From Treponema sp. (GTDB taxonomy: Bacteria > Spirochaetota > Spirochaetia > Treponematales > Breznakiellaceae): a stretch of DNA of 64,000 bases. Positions within the stretch are counted from its first letter, which is position 1; every line of letters starts with the position of its first letter. The stretch spans positions 458 to 64,457 of the forward strand of contig JAIRQF010000081.1 in the NCBI GenBank assembly GCA_031256635.1. The letters run 5' to 3'. Of the stretch, positions 18,371 through 29,335 are shown piece after piece. Below the pieces are notes generated by a model. It saw only the letters and a list, made by a program, of their open reading frames with translations. It did not search any database and had not been told where the DNA came from. Both the position numbers and the translations under genes were made by a program.

Positions 18371-19888
18371 TTACACGAAATACTTCTTCAGCATATCCAA
18401 ATCCAGTTGAGGATACACGGGAAAGCGCTCCATCAATGTCTTTACCCGCGAGTGAACTTCGCTTTTTACCGCTTCGTTAATATTGTATTTTGCCTTGCTG
18501 TTCTTTGACGGATCTTTTTTATCCGGTGACTGCGCCGTTCCTTTGATAACTTTAGCTATCAGCGAAGCAATCTCCGCCATTTCCGGCTTTTCCATTCCAA
18601 GAGTGGTAATCGCGGCTGTCCCGATTCTTAAGCCCGATGTGTACCACGGGCCGTTAGGATCGCGCGGGAGGCTGTTCCTGTTTACAGTTATGTGACATTC
18701 CTGTAGTGCGCTTTCCGCCTGTCTGCCCGTGATTCCGGCTTTATGAACATTGATTAACATCAGGTGGTTATCAGTCCCGCCTGTAAGAACTTCAAGGCCG
18801 TTTTCCATGCAGGATGCCGCAAGCGCTCTGCAGTTATCGACAATATTCTGCGAGTACTGTTTAAACTCCGGGGCTGCGGCTTCGCGGAAAGCGACAGCTT
18901 TGGCCGCTATTACATGGGGTAAAGGTCCGCCCATTGTCAGCGGACAGCCTTTATCCAGCTCCTCTGCGAATTCTTTTGTTGAAAGCACAAGGCCGGCGCG
19001 CGGGCCGCGAAGAGTTTTATGTGTCGTGCTTGTGACAACATGCGCCCAGGGAATTGGATCGTATTCGCCTGTGAAAACCTTGCCCGCGACAAGACCCGCA
19101 AAGTGCGCCATGTCCACCATAAAAACGCTGCCTGCTTTGTCCGCGATATCCCTCATTCGTTTAAAGTTGATTTTCCGCGGATACGCTGAATAGCCTGTTA
19201 AAAGAATGAACGGTTTTAATTCAAGAGCCTGTTTTTCTATTTCATCGTAATCAAGCAAGCCGTCTTTTTCTGAAACCGAGTAACTGTGAACATCAAACAT
19301 TCTGCTTGAAATATTATTACGGTAACCGTGCGTTAAATGCCCGCCTGAATAATAATCCAGCGTTAAAAGGCGCTGGCTACCCATTGTTGTTTTTAACTCA
19401 TTCCATTGCGCGTCATTAAGGCTGTAAAGGTTTGTCTGACCCCAATTTTTTAAAGCGGGACTTTCAATTTTTGCGCAGAGTATTGCCCAGTACGCTAGTA
19501 AATTTGCGTCAGAGCCGCAGTGCGGCTGTACATTCGCGTATTGCGCTCCGAAAAGTTTACACGCTTCCTGCGCCGCGAGCGTTTCAATCGCGTCAACATT
19601 TTCGGTTCCTCCGTAAAACCGGTGATATGCCGTTCCTTCCGCGTATTTATCTGTTAATAAATTGCCCATTGCAAGCTGCACCGCCATTGAACAGTAATTC
19701 TCACTTGCTATCAGCTTGACTCTCTTTCGCTGGTTCTCCAGTTCTTTCACTATCGAAGACGCGATTTCTGGGGTAACTTTGGAGATTTCTGTAAGGCTGC
19801 AAAGGTAAGCCAGAAGATTCGTATCTATTTTATCATTCGCGGCAAGGTATGCCGTAACCGGATTTGTATTCATAAGAAACTGTAACAT
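18371..19888 (-). CDS. glyA: Serine hydroxymethyltransferase
   Basis: LIASEN, KYAEG, GGHLTHG, DMAHFAGL, TTHKTLRGPR, GGTDNHL. Confidence 0.97.
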   Translation of the reverse strand: MLQFLMNTNPVTAYLAANDKIDTNLLAYLCSLTEISKVTPEIASSIVKELENQRKRVKLIASENYCSMAVQLAMGNLLTDKYAEGTAYHRFYGGTENVDAIETLAAQEACKLFGAQYANVQPHCGSDANLLAYWAILCAKIESPALKNWGQTNLYSLNDAQWNELKTTMGSQRLLTLDYYSGGHLTHGYRNNISSRMFDVHSYSVSEKDGLLDYDEIEKQALELKPFILLTGYSAYPRKINFKRMRDIADKAGSVFMVDMAHFAGLVAGKVFTGEYDPIPWAHVVTSTTHKTLRGPRAGLVLSTKEFAEELDKGCPLTMGGPLPHVIAAKAVAFREAAAPEFKQYSQNIVDNCRALAASCMENGLEVLTGGTDNHLMLINVHKAGITGRQAESALQECHITVNRNSLPRDPNGPWYTSGLRIGTAAITTLGMEKPEMAEIASLIAKVIKGTAQSPDKKDPSKNSKAKYNINEAVKSEVHSRVKTLMERFPVYPQLDLDMLKKYFV

Positions 19889-20013
19889 ACCGCCGTAAAT
19901 AAAAAAAGAGCCTCTGTCAGACAGATTGAATTATATCCAATATCATTTTTATAAAGATTAAAGCCAAAACAATAAGTTTTGCGTATTAAAAATGCTTGTT
20001 TTAATAAATTCAA

Positions 20014-23000
20014 ATGTATATAATTAAGTTGATTAACGTGAAAATATTACTAACATTTCTTTGTTTAATACTTTTTAACCTGCCTGTCTGGACGCAAACC
20101 GCCGATACTGAGCTGCCTGCTGTCAAAGTCGCCATAAGCGACGATCAATCAATTGTTATGGAACGTATATTATTCGAAGGACTGAAACGTTCAGGTTATC
20201 AGATGGTCGCCAAGGCAACCGGAATGCGCACTGCCGTAGCGGATGTGAATTACGGCGACGCTGATATTTTACCGGTTCAGACCGACGGCTGGGACATTTT
20301 GTATCCCAACCTGATTAAAGTTCCTGTAGCGATAGATAATGTGGAGTTTACCGCCTACTCCCTTAACAGCGCTTCTTATCAATTTTCAGGCTGGGAAGAT
20401 ATGGCCGGACTGCGGCTCGGTTATCGCTGGCAAAATGAATTTATTGCGAATAACATCAGGCGGGCAAATGCGCGGGAACTTGTAAGATTGAATGATATTG
20501 ATGAATTATGGGCATCGCTGCTCAGCGGAGAAACAGATGTAATTCTGCTCCCGCGCATGTCGCATTATGAACACAGGTTCCCGCAGGGAATAAAGAGGGT
20601 TAGCGTATTTGAAAAGCAGCCTGTGTACAGTTATGTTCATAACAGGCACGATAATCTGGTTCCTCTTCTTGAAAAAGCGTATAATGATATGTTCGCGGAC
20701 GGTACCATGTCCAGGATTCAAAGCAGCCAAAAGTTATCCGCAGACAAGCCTGTTATACTTTATATAAATTCCTATAGCGCCCAGAATGATCGTGAACACA
20801 GCCATATGGAATCCATCAGGCGGTTTCTTGAACAGGACATCGAATCAGCCTTTGAGATTTACAATTATTATTTAAATTCGGATGAGTTTAACAGACAAGC
20901 CAGATTTGACGCCATTGTCTCAGATATGATACGCACAAGTTTCGTTGATCATTATCCGGATTTGATTATCGCTTCCGGTAATGACGCTTTTACATTCGTG
21001 ATGAATAATTACTATCTTTTGTTTCCCAATGTGCCGGTTTTGTTTTTCGGAGTTCACGGCCTTGAGGCGTCCATGCTGTACGGGCTGGAAGATCGTGTAA
21101 CAGGAATTGCCGAAGAAATTTCTTTTTTGGAAACAGCCGCACATATGCTGCGGTTGTTTCCTGAGACAAAGCGTATCTTTATTCTAAACGATTATTCAAA
21201 TTCAGCCAGTATAAAATTGCATGAGGATATTCAAAAAGCAATTGAAGGCGGCATGCCGGGCGCTGATGTTGAATTTGTTTTTAACGTGAACAAGCCGTTA
21301 GCCGAAATCATTGATGACATAAAAAGATTTGGTTCTGATACTCTTGTTCTGATTGGGAACTATATTTCAGACTCAGACGGTTCATTTTATTCCGAATCTG
21401 ACGTGCAGACTCTCATATCACAGGCGTCCTTAAACCCTGTTTTCTGCCTGACCGCATCCTATATCGGGATCGGAACATTGGGCGGACTGCTTTCTTCAAC
21501 AGATGCGCGTGATAAAGAAGCGGCTTTAATGGCGTCTGATTTGCTGAGAGGAAAACTGCCCTCTTTAGTTCCGGTTCTTTATAATTCAAAATCTCTTAAT
21601 CAATGGCAGTTTGATTATGAAACGGCTAAAAAATTCAAGATAAATACAAGAGTTCTGCCGGCCAATCACGTTATTATTAATAGAACACTTCCCATATGGG
21701 AATCCAATCCGCTTGAGTTCCGCTTGATGATCGCGGTGGTGCTTGCAATTATTTTAATCGTTTTCGTTATTGTATACATCAGGGATTCAAGGAGACATAA
21801 AGTGTACGCAAAAAGGCTGCGTCAGGCGCGCGACGCAGCGCAGACCGCAAACAGAACCAAGTCGTCCTTTCTTGCGAATATGAGCCATGAAATCAGAACA
21901 CCCATGAACAGCATCATCGGTTTTGCGGAACTTGCGCAAAGCAGCGATACTATCAAAAAAATCAAAGAGTATCTTTTTAACATTACAGAAAGCGCGCAGT
22001 GGCTTTTAAAAATTATCAATGATATTCTTGATATTTCCAAAATAGAATCCGGAAAAATTGATCTGGAAAATATACCTTTTGATTTGCATGATGTGCTTGA
22101 ACATTGCAGGAATACAGTTATGCCAAAGGCCGAAGAAAAAGGGATACTGCTGTTTTGTTACTCCGAGCCTTCAGTTAACAAAAGATTACTGGGCGATCCT
22201 GTAAAACTGCGCCAGGTAATTATCAATTTACTTTCAAATGCCGTAAAATTTACTAATGCCGGATCTGTCAAACTGATGGCTTCTCTCGCGCACAGAAGCG
22301 GCAACAGCGTTACTATTTGTTTTGAAATAAAAGATTCAGGGATAGGGATGAGCCCTGAGCAGATCGAGAGGATTTTTGAGCCTTTTATGCAGGCTGACAG
22401 CAGCGTTACGCGCCGGTTCGGCGGTACAGGGCTTGGACTTCCAATATCAAAAAATATAATTGAATTGATGGGCGGAGAGCTGCATGTTGAAAGCGCGCTT
22501 AATATCGGCAGCAAGTTCAGTTTTGAAATTACATTTGATCTGACAGATGACAATAGCGAAACTCTTTTTCAGGATAAGCTGCCGTATCTTCACCGGAGAC
22601 CGGAATTTTCAGGTGAAGTTCTGATTTGCGAGGATAACAGCCTGAACCGGCAGCTTATCTGCGATCATCTTTCTAGAGTAGGGCTAAAAACTGTTGTAGC
22701 ACATAACGGCAGGGAAGGCCTTGACTGCGTTGAAGAACGCATGCAAAACGGGAAGAAACCTTTCGATTTGATTTTTATGGACATACATATGCCGGAAATG
22801 GACGGTCTTGAAGCGTCTTCCAAAATTATTAAGATGGGCGTAAAGACGCCGATAGTAGCTTTAACGGCAAATATAATGTCCGCGGAAAAGGAGATTTACA
22901 AAAAAAGCGGAATGATCGATTTTTTGGGAAAACCGTTTGCTTCGCAGGAATTATGGGAGCGCCTGATTAAATATATTCCTGTTACAGGTTATACCGTTAT

Positions 23001-23559
23001 AGAGAATGGAAAGCAGCGTGAAGAAGATAAAAAAACTTTAATAAATGCGCAAATTGATTTTGCCAGAAATAATAAAACCGTATATCAGGATTTAATCAAA
23101 GCCATTGAATCCGGCGATTTTAAAAAAGCTCACAGAATGGTTCATACATTAAAGAGCAACGCGGGGCAAATAGGCGCGAAAAAACTTCAGGCTGCCGTAA
23201 TGACAGCGGAGGAACTGCTTGCGGCGGTTTTAACCGGGGGAAAAAGCGATTCTTCCCTTCCCGGCAAAGATGAAATAATTGTTCTGGAAACCGAGTTGAA
23301 AACAGTAATGGATGAACTGTCTCCCTTGTTATCTGAAATTGAGGCAAAGAGGGCGGTTAAAACTTCTGACGCGCAAAAAATACGCGAAATACTCTCAAGG
23401 CTTGAGCCGATGCTGAAAAATAAAAATCCCGAGTGCGAGGATTTGCTTGACGATATACATTCAATACCGGGCTGCGATAAACTTGCGCGCCATATCGAAA
23501 ATTTCAATTTCAAACAGGCGGCGGAAGAATTGGCGGAAATCATGAAAGAATGGGGGTGA
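20014..23559 (+). CDS. Hybrid sensor histidine kinase (two periplasmic binding-type domains, HisKA, HATPase, REC, Hpt)
   Basis: FLANMSHEIRTPMN, NLLSNAVKFT, GGTGLGL, FMDIHMPEMDG, HTLKS. Start may be GTG 20038. Confidence 0.92.
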   Translation: MYIIKLINVKILLTFLCLILFNLPVWTQTADTELPAVKVAISDDQSIVMERILFEGLKRSGYQMVAKATGMRTAVADVNYGDADILPVQTDGWDILYPNLIKVPVAIDNVEFTAYSLNSASYQFSGWEDMAGLRLGYRWQNEFIANNIRRANARELVRLNDIDELWASLLSGETDVILLPRMSHYEHRFPQGIKRVSVFEKQPVYSYVHNRHDNLVPLLEKAYNDMFADGTMSRIQSSQKLSADKPVILYINSYSAQNDREHSHMESIRRFLEQDIESAFEIYNYYLNSDEFNRQARFDAIVSDMIRTSFVDHYPDLIIASGNDAFTFVMNNYYLLFPNVPVLFFGVHGLEASMLYGLEDRVTGIAEEISFLETAAHMLRLFPETKRIFILNDYSNSASIKLHEDIQKAIEGGMPGADVEFVFNVNKPLAEIIDDIKRFGSDTLVLIGNYISDSDGSFYSESDVQTLISQASLNPVFCLTASYIGIGTLGGLLSSTDARDKEAALMASDLLRGKLPSLVPVLYNSKSLNQWQFDYETAKKFKINTRVLPANHVIINRTLPIWESNPLEFRLMIAVVLAIILIVFVIVYIRDSRRHKVYAKRLRQARDAAQTANRTKSSFLANMSHEIRTPMNSIIGFAELAQSSDTIKKIKEYLFNITESAQWLLKIINDILDISKIESGKIDLENIPFDLHDVLEHCRNTVMPKAEEKGILLFCYSEPSVNKRLLGDPVKLRQVIINLLSNAVKFTNAGSVKLMASLAHRSGNSVTICFEIKDSGIGMSPEQIERIFEPFMQADSSVTRRFGGTGLGLPISKNIIELMGGELHVESALNIGSKFSFEITFDLTDDNSETLFQDKLPYLHRRPEFSGEVLICEDNSLNRQLICDHLSRVGLKTVVAHNGREGLDCVEERMQNGKKPFDLIFMDIHMPEMDGLEASSKIIKMGVKTPIVALTANIMSAEKEIYKKSGMIDFLGKPFASQELWERLIKYIPVTGYTVIENGKQREEDKKTLINAQIDFARNNKTVYQDLIKAIESGDFKKAHRMVHTLKSNAGQIGAKKLQAAVMTAEELLAAVLTGGKSDSSLPGKDEIIVLETELKTVMDELSPLLSEIEAKRAVKTSDAQKIREILSRLEPMLKNKNPECEDLLDDIHSIPGCDKLARHIENFNFKQAAEELAEIMKEWG

Positions 23560-23563
23560 TTAA

Positions 23564-25204
23564 GTGAACGGCAGAAAGAAAAACAGCGTGCTTATTGTTG
23601 ATGATGACAGGATGAGCATAAGCTCCCTGAAGAACATCCTGAGCCGTGAATATACCATTTACGCTTCAACCGACGGACAGGATGCGATTGAAACAATCCT
23701 TGAATATATGCCCGATATTATTTTACTCGATGTGCTTATGCCTGAAATGAACGGATATGAGGTAATTAACGCGCTGAAAAGATTTGATAAAACGCGGGAC
23801 ATTCCGGTTATTTTCATAACAGGTCTTGATGATATCCATGTTGAGGAAAAGGGACTTACCATGGGCGCCGTAGATTGTATTCAAAAACCTTTTACTCCCG
23901 CCAATGTCATGTTAAGGGTTAAAAATCAGATAAAGCTCCTTGAACGGCTCAGGCAGCAGGCATTGATGACAAAAATTGCACGTAATTTTTTAACGGACGC
24001 GCTTACTGTCTCGATATACTCTGACACGCTAAGGATTGTCGGAGAATTTATGGGTATTTCGACAATGCTTCTTTACAGATACGAAGAAAATAATAATGTG
24101 TTTGTATGCCGGAACGAATGGTTAAACCCTCAACTGGATTTAGAAACGCGCATAGGCGATAAAGCTGAGCTAAATGAAGGGATGATTGGCGCCATCGCTG
24201 GCTTACAGTCAGGTAAAGAAAGTTCATTGTATCTTCATTCCGGCAATCCCATATTCAGGGATTTTATTAATATGCACAAACATTACTTTGATAACTTCAT
24301 AACAACACCTGTTTTTATAAAGGGAAAGATTTGCGCGTTTTTGGTTTTTTCAAAGGAAGACGATGAGTGGGAATGGAGTGAAAGCGAATTAAATCTCGCT
24401 GTTCTTGTTACAAGCATTTTTTCAGGCGTTTTTGAACGTGACGCGATGGCCGGTATTATTCTGGTAAAAGAACAGGCTGAATATTTAAGTCACGCAAAAT
24501 CAGAATTCCTCTCGCGTGTAAGCCATGAAATGCGCACGCCAATGAACACCATTTTGGGCATGCTGCAGATATTTGAATTTTCAGGCATTCCTGAAAAAAT
24601 GAAAGCCAACTTTGCTTTAATGAAAGACGCGTCTCAGACATTATTAAATTTAATAGAGGATATGCTTGATGTATCGGATATGGAATATGAAATATTCAGG
24701 CTTAATGAATCGGTTTTTAATTTTAATTCGATGATTAGCGATGCTTTGCTTGTTATAGACAATAAAGCATCCAAAAAATTTCAAATGTTTAATTACAGAA
24801 TAGATCCCGGTATACCGGCTTCATTCACAGGCGATGAAAAGCGGCTTAAGCAGGTTATTGTCAATTTGCTGGCCAATGCGGTTAAGTTTACTCCTGTAAA
24901 CGGAGAAATAAATTTTAATGTTTGTTTATTGCAAGGCGGGACAGAATTAAATAATGACAGCGAAGCCGCCTCGCTGCGGTTTGAAATTGCGGATAACGGG
25001 ATAGGTATTTCCAAAGAGCATCATGAAAAACTTTTTCGGATTTTCGAACAGGCAGACGGCGGTGTTGACAGGGAATACAGCGGTATGGGAATCGGCCTTT
25101 CCATGTCAAAACGCATTATCGAAATGATGGAAGGTAAAATCTGGATAGAATCGGAAATGGGTAAAGGTACAAAAGTTTTTTTTACATGCCGGCTTAAAAA
25201 ATAG
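23564..25204 (+). CDS. Hybrid REC-GAF-histidine kinase
   Basis: N-terminal LIVDDD/LLDVLMP, central GAF-like region, SHEMRTPMN, GMGIGL. Confidence 0.9.
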   Translation: MNGRKKNSVLIVDDDRMSISSLKNILSREYTIYASTDGQDAIETILEYMPDIILLDVLMPEMNGYEVINALKRFDKTRDIPVIFITGLDDIHVEEKGLTMGAVDCIQKPFTPANVMLRVKNQIKLLERLRQQALMTKIARNFLTDALTVSIYSDTLRIVGEFMGISTMLLYRYEENNNVFVCRNEWLNPQLDLETRIGDKAELNEGMIGAIAGLQSGKESSLYLHSGNPIFRDFINMHKHYFDNFITTPVFIKGKICAFLVFSKEDDEWEWSESELNLAVLVTSIFSGVFERDAMAGIILVKEQAEYLSHAKSEFLSRVSHEMRTPMNTILGMLQIFEFSGIPEKMKANFALMKDASQTLLNLIEDMLDVSDMEYEIFRLNESVFNFNSMISDALLVIDNKASKKFQMFNYRIDPGIPASFTGDEKRLKQVIVNLLANAVKFTPVNGEINFNVCLLQGGTELNNDSEAASLRFEIADNGIGISKEHHEKLFRIFEQADGGVDREYSGMGIGLSMSKRIIEMMEGKIWIESEMGKGTKVFFTCRLKK

Positions 25205-25236
25205 CGTATGCCCTTTCGGACATACGCATTTATTGT

Positions 25237-26148
25237 CTACCGTGCCGCTGTTGAGAAGCGCGCCTGTCTGTATGAGCTTGTATCTGCTACCGCGATGGTT
25301 CCGACCGTTCTTTGGGCGTTTGTTATGCGCCGCTCCGGTGTCGGGTGTGTTTTTCCGAAACCTGAACCTGCTGTCTGTACGCTGCTTAACGCGTTTAGCA
25401 TATCCAATAAACCTGACGGATTATAACCTGCGGAACCCAAAAGACGGGCTGCGGTATCATCAGCTTCAAATTCCTGAGACTGTGAATAACCGCTGTTTAC
25501 CAGTGTAAGAACAATTTCTCCGACCGATTCATTAAAGACATCGGTTAACTGGTTTACATCCATTCCGGCTGCCGCTCCCGCCGCAGAAGTTCCGGTAACC
25601 AAAATAGCCTGCGTAACGCGGCTGGATTTAATTGCCTTTATGCTGTGCTGCAGCTGAATGTGCGCGACTTCATGCGCGATAACTGCCGCCAGAGCGTCTT
25701 CGGATCTTGCCGCGGAGATTAAACCGCGCGTAACAAATATATGTCCGCCTGATGTCGCGAAGGCGTTTATTTCATTGCTGTCAAGAATCGCAACGCGGTA
25801 ACCATTGTAAACATCCGGGCGCGGTGAATTGATGGTTATTGCCGCGCAGATAAGATTAAGATAATTGGTCAGTGCAGGATTTCCGTTGTAAAGGGTGTAG
25901 GTTGTAAGAATGTTCGCGGCAACCGCTCTGCCGATATAGTATTCCTGTTCCGGAGTAATTTCTTCCGCCGCAGTGCCTATTGCTCTGGCGGATTGGCTTA
26001 TCGCGTTGGCGACATTCTGATCAATAACTCCCACCGCGCTGGCTACCTGAGCGCCGACATCCGCTATTGCCGCGACCGTTTTGCATGAATACATCGCGCA
26101 GGAAAAAGCGATTAAAATAATTATAATAATGCTGATTTTTGTTTTCAT
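25237..26148 (-). CDS. M48 family metallopeptidase lipoprotein
   Basis: Lipobox MYS-C; INAFA, HEVAH (HExxH), YSQSQEFEAD, THP..RI. Confidence 0.9.
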   Translation of the reverse strand: MKTKISIIIIILIAFSCAMYSCKTVAAIADVGAQVASAVGVIDQNVANAISQSARAIGTAAEEITPEQEYYIGRAVAANILTTYTLYNGNPALTNYLNLICAAITINSPRPDVYNGYRVAILDSNEINAFATSGGHIFVTRGLISAARSEDALAAVIAHEVAHIQLQHSIKAIKSSRVTQAILVTGTSAAGAAAGMDVNQLTDVFNESVGEIVLTLVNSGYSQSQEFEADDTAARLLGSAGYNPSGLLDMLNALSSVQTAGSGFGKTHPTPERRITNAQRTVGTIAVADTSSYRQARFSTAAR

Positions 26149-26627
26149 TGGTTATCTCCCATTGCAAGGCGGCCTTCCTGCAGGAAGCGCAAAAGTTCAT
26201 CTTCATTAACATTAATCGTCTGCTCAACCCTGTCTACTGCGGCAAAGTTAAGTTCCTGATGTCCGGTTTTATAAGATTGTTCAACTTCCGCATTAAAACC
26301 TTTTCCCGCAAGAGCTACTTCCCTTTGCGTAGCCGTGCTTGAGGTTCCCGACACTACCTGTCTTGTGGAAAAATTAGCCGACGCTGTCCATCCTGTAAGC
26401 GATGAATTTGACGCGCTTCTTACTTCCACAAATCTTCCGTCGACCTGTATTACCGTAACCTGAGCTCCGTATTCCAGAGTTCCGTTTGTTCTTGCAAACC
26501 ACCCTGTCGATGCTTTAAGCGGCAGGTTTTTAACGGATACATAAAGAGTACCGCCCCTTGATATCTGCGCTGTCGCGATACCTGTTATAAACAGGATTAA
26601 ACAAAAAATAATAAAAACTTTTTTCAT
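26145..26627 (-). CDS. Secreted SH3b-like domain protein
   Basis: Signal peptide; LEYGAQVTV...VEVR...GW pattern; C-terminal ALAGKGF; overlaps the M48 start. Confidence 0.7.
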   Translation of the reverse strand: MKKVFIIFCLILFITGIATAQISRGGTLYVSVKNLPLKASTGWFARTNGTLEYGAQVTVIQVDGRFVEVRSASNSSLTGWTASANFSTRQVVSGTSSTATQREVALAGKGFNAEVEQSYKTGHQELNFAAVDRVEQTINVNEDELLRFLQEGRLAMGDNQ

Positions 26628-26724
26628 TTTTTACCTCTCGTAATTAAGTATTTTATTATGAAAATCCAAATAAATCAACGAGGCTTTACATGAATGAACG
26701 TCCGTTAATTATTTCCAGTATACA

Positions 26725-29286
26725 TTATTTCTCAGTCAGATTATCCACACCGTCATCCCACAATTCATCGTCAAACGGAGAAGATATCAGTTTATTGCAT
26801 CTGTTAAGGTATTTCTTCGCGGCCATATCTGTGTTGTTTTTTCCGTATATCAGCTGAAAGATATTCTGAGCGGCGATGAAATTCTTTTCTTCGTAAAATT
26901 TGAATGCCTGCTCCCAGCTTTTTACCATATCCAAAAGTTCCGGCGAAGCCTCGGAGGCGATATCAAGAAGTTCGTAAAGCCGCAGCGGCGTATGGATACC
27001 GACAACTCTCACCCTGCTTAAAGGCCGCACAATAAACTCATCGCCGATAACCGATTTTGTGTACTCACTCATCAACATGCCGCCTGTGTCGTATTGTTTA
27101 TTTACTCCTTCCAGCCTCGCGGCAAGATTAACGGCGTTTCCCATAATCGTGTAGTCCATCTTGTTGGGAGTTCCCATGTTTCCTACGACCATGTCCCCCG
27201 TATTAATGCCAAGCCTTGTAAAAATGGGATGAGGATCATCAATGCCTTTTATCGCTCCCTTTGCGGTCATCGCTTTCATGACTCCGGGTGTAACCAGCCC
27301 AAGGGCGAGCGCTTCGCGGTTTATTTCCTTTTCCGCCTTTTTCATATTAACAACCGCGCGGCAGGCCATGGACGCGTGGTTATCCATTTGTACAGGCGCG
27401 CCGAAGAAGGCTATAATCGCGTCTCCTTCGTATTTATCGATCGTTCCCTGATGGTTAAGAACAATGTTGCTCATTTTTGTCAGATAAAAATTGAGCAGCT
27501 CTACAAGTTTGGCAGGATCGCCCAGCGCTTCTGAAAAAGTCGAGAACGCGCGGATGTCGGTAAAGATAGCGGTCATCTCCCTCTTTTCACCGCCAAGTTT
27601 CAGCTGCGAAGGATCGGCGATGATCCTGTCTATGACTTTCGGCGACAGATACTGCGAGAACGCCTTTTTTATAAAGCGTTTCTGGCTGCCTTCTGTCGCG
27701 TAATTGTAGATGGTTACCGTGATAAAGCCCGCAATAGTTCCGGCAATGAAGGTAATCATCGGTATCCATAAACCGCCAAGCTGGTATGCGAAAAACGCGC
27801 CGGTTAAAATAAGCGCTATAATAAAAATCGTTCCTCCGACTGACAGCGTAATGCGGTTTGAAAACAATGCAAGACATACGACTAATGTGATTAATATAAA
27901 CAGAATAATTAAATTTACAGTTTCGCTTGTTTCGCGGATAAAATCCCCGCGCAGCATATTGTCCAGCATTGTTATGTGACATCCCATACCGGGATATATC
28001 GATGATATGGGAGTGCTGAAAATATCAAAAAGCCCCTGCGCGTAAAAACCAAAAAATACATTGGCGCTTTTAAAATTTTCTGGCGTAAGCATCCACCAGG
28101 GTGTTCCCAAATTTGTAGCATAATTTCCAAACTCAAGATTATCACCCCTTTCATACGCTTCCAGGCTTAGGAGAATGTCCATCGCCCTGTACGGATGATA
28201 ATTCTCCTTAAAATCTCCCCGGTAACGCAAAAGCGCATTGCCGTGTTCATCAACAGGTATTGAAATTCCTTCCCACTCAATTGTGCCTGTTCTGTTGTTG
28301 TAAAATATCTGCGTTCCGTATCCTGAAACAATCAGCGAAGCCGCCGAAAGACCCGGTAATGTTCTCCCGTCAAATAATGTAAAAGGTTTAAGCCTTCTTA
28401 TAATTCCGTCCGAATCCGGGACGCCGGTAACGCTTCCCAGCGCGCCGGCAGAATCAATCAGGGTGCGAATCGGAAACTGGGCTTTCTCATCTTCGCCCAC
28501 GCTGAAATTGCTCAGTATGGAATCAAAGTTTTCAACCCGGAACATGGGTTTGTTAACGTCCGCCGGCCAGAGTACGGTGTTTCCTGTCTGACTTGAAAAC
28601 ATGACTGTCTGCACAACATGACCGAAGCCCGCGGATGCTTTGGCAAAAGATTCATCGTCTTCCCTTGCGCTCAAACTGCGCAGCGCGTTAATAATTACGT
28701 TATATACGGAAAACATTGATGTTCTGGGTTCCGTAAGGGATTGAATCGGTCTTCCTGTGCCGGAATTATCCCATCTGTCAATCTGCCTTGCAAAACCTGA
28801 TAAACTTTCTATGCTGTCTGTCAATTCCCTGTTTTGCGGTCGGCTGTCCTGCGCGACTTCTTCAAGCGCTTTTACCGCGTTATCGATTATTTCATCCTGT
28901 TTTGCGTTACGGTAGATGGAATGTTCGGAAAAGATAACGTCGAAGGCAACTGAACTTGCTTCGCTCAAATTCATGTAATTGACAATATCGGCGTATGCCT
29001 GCCTCGGCCACGGCCAGCCCCAGCCGCGCTCAAGCTGCGCCCAGTCAAGGCTGTCCTGCTCCAGCAGGATTACCACAATATCATTGGAAGCGCTGCGGTA
29101 AAATGAATCAGGCCAGAAAGGTTCAGACCAGAATTTATCGGCCCAGAATCTGACCCTGAAGTCATAGGATTTATATTCAAGATATTGAAAAACTCCCAGC
29201 AAATGCAAAGCGGTTATTATAAGGAAAACAAGGCTGATTATTATTACGGTTGTCAGTTTTTTTCCCAAATTTTTTATAGTAACCAT
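26725..29286 (-). CDS. CHASE2-domain class III adenylate cyclase
   Basis: WPWPR and FDVIF (CHASE2), three TMs, FTDIRAFS, DKYEGDAI, DYTIMGNAVNLAARLEG. Start placed at ATG 29286 (RBS AAGGA). Confidence 0.9.
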   Translation of the reverse strand: MVTIKNLGKKLTTVIIISLVFLIITALHLLGVFQYLEYKSYDFRVRFWADKFWSEPFWPDSFYRSASNDIVVILLEQDSLDWAQLERGWGWPWPRQAYADIVNYMNLSEASSVAFDVIFSEHSIYRNAKQDEIIDNAVKALEEVAQDSRPQNRELTDSIESLSGFARQIDRWDNSGTGRPIQSLTEPRTSMFSVYNVIINALRSLSAREDDESFAKASAGFGHVVQTVMFSSQTGNTVLWPADVNKPMFRVENFDSILSNFSVGEDEKAQFPIRTLIDSAGALGSVTGVPDSDGIIRRLKPFTLFDGRTLPGLSAASLIVSGYGTQIFYNNRTGTIEWEGISIPVDEHGNALLRYRGDFKENYHPYRAMDILLSLEAYERGDNLEFGNYATNLGTPWWMLTPENFKSANVFFGFYAQGLFDIFSTPISSIYPGMGCHITMLDNMLRGDFIRETSETVNLIILFILITLVVCLALFSNRITLSVGGTIFIIALILTGAFFAYQLGGLWIPMITFIAGTIAGFITVTIYNYATEGSQKRFIKKAFSQYLSPKVIDRIIADPSQLKLGGEKREMTAIFTDIRAFSTFSEALGDPAKLVELLNFYLTKMSNIVLNHQGTIDKYEGDAIIAFFGAPVQMDNHASMACRAVVNMKKAEKEINREALALGLVTPGVMKAMTAKGAIKGIDDPHPIFTRLGINTGDMVVGNMGTPNKMDYTIMGNAVNLAARLEGVNKQYDTGGMLMSEYTKSVIGDEFIVRPLSRVRVVGIHTPLRLYELLDIASEASPELLDMVKSWEQAFKFYEEKNFIAAQNIFQLIYGKNNTDMAAKKYLNRCNKLISSPFDDELWDDGVDNLTEK

Positions 29287-29335
29287 ATCACTATCCTTTT
29301 TATTTGATATATAATAAGTATAACAGGAGTTTATC

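Noticed and set aside
19889-20013. Glycine or ZTP riboswitch upstream of glyA
   Set aside because: Only a short TCTGTCAGACAGA palindrome; no aptamer consensus recognised.
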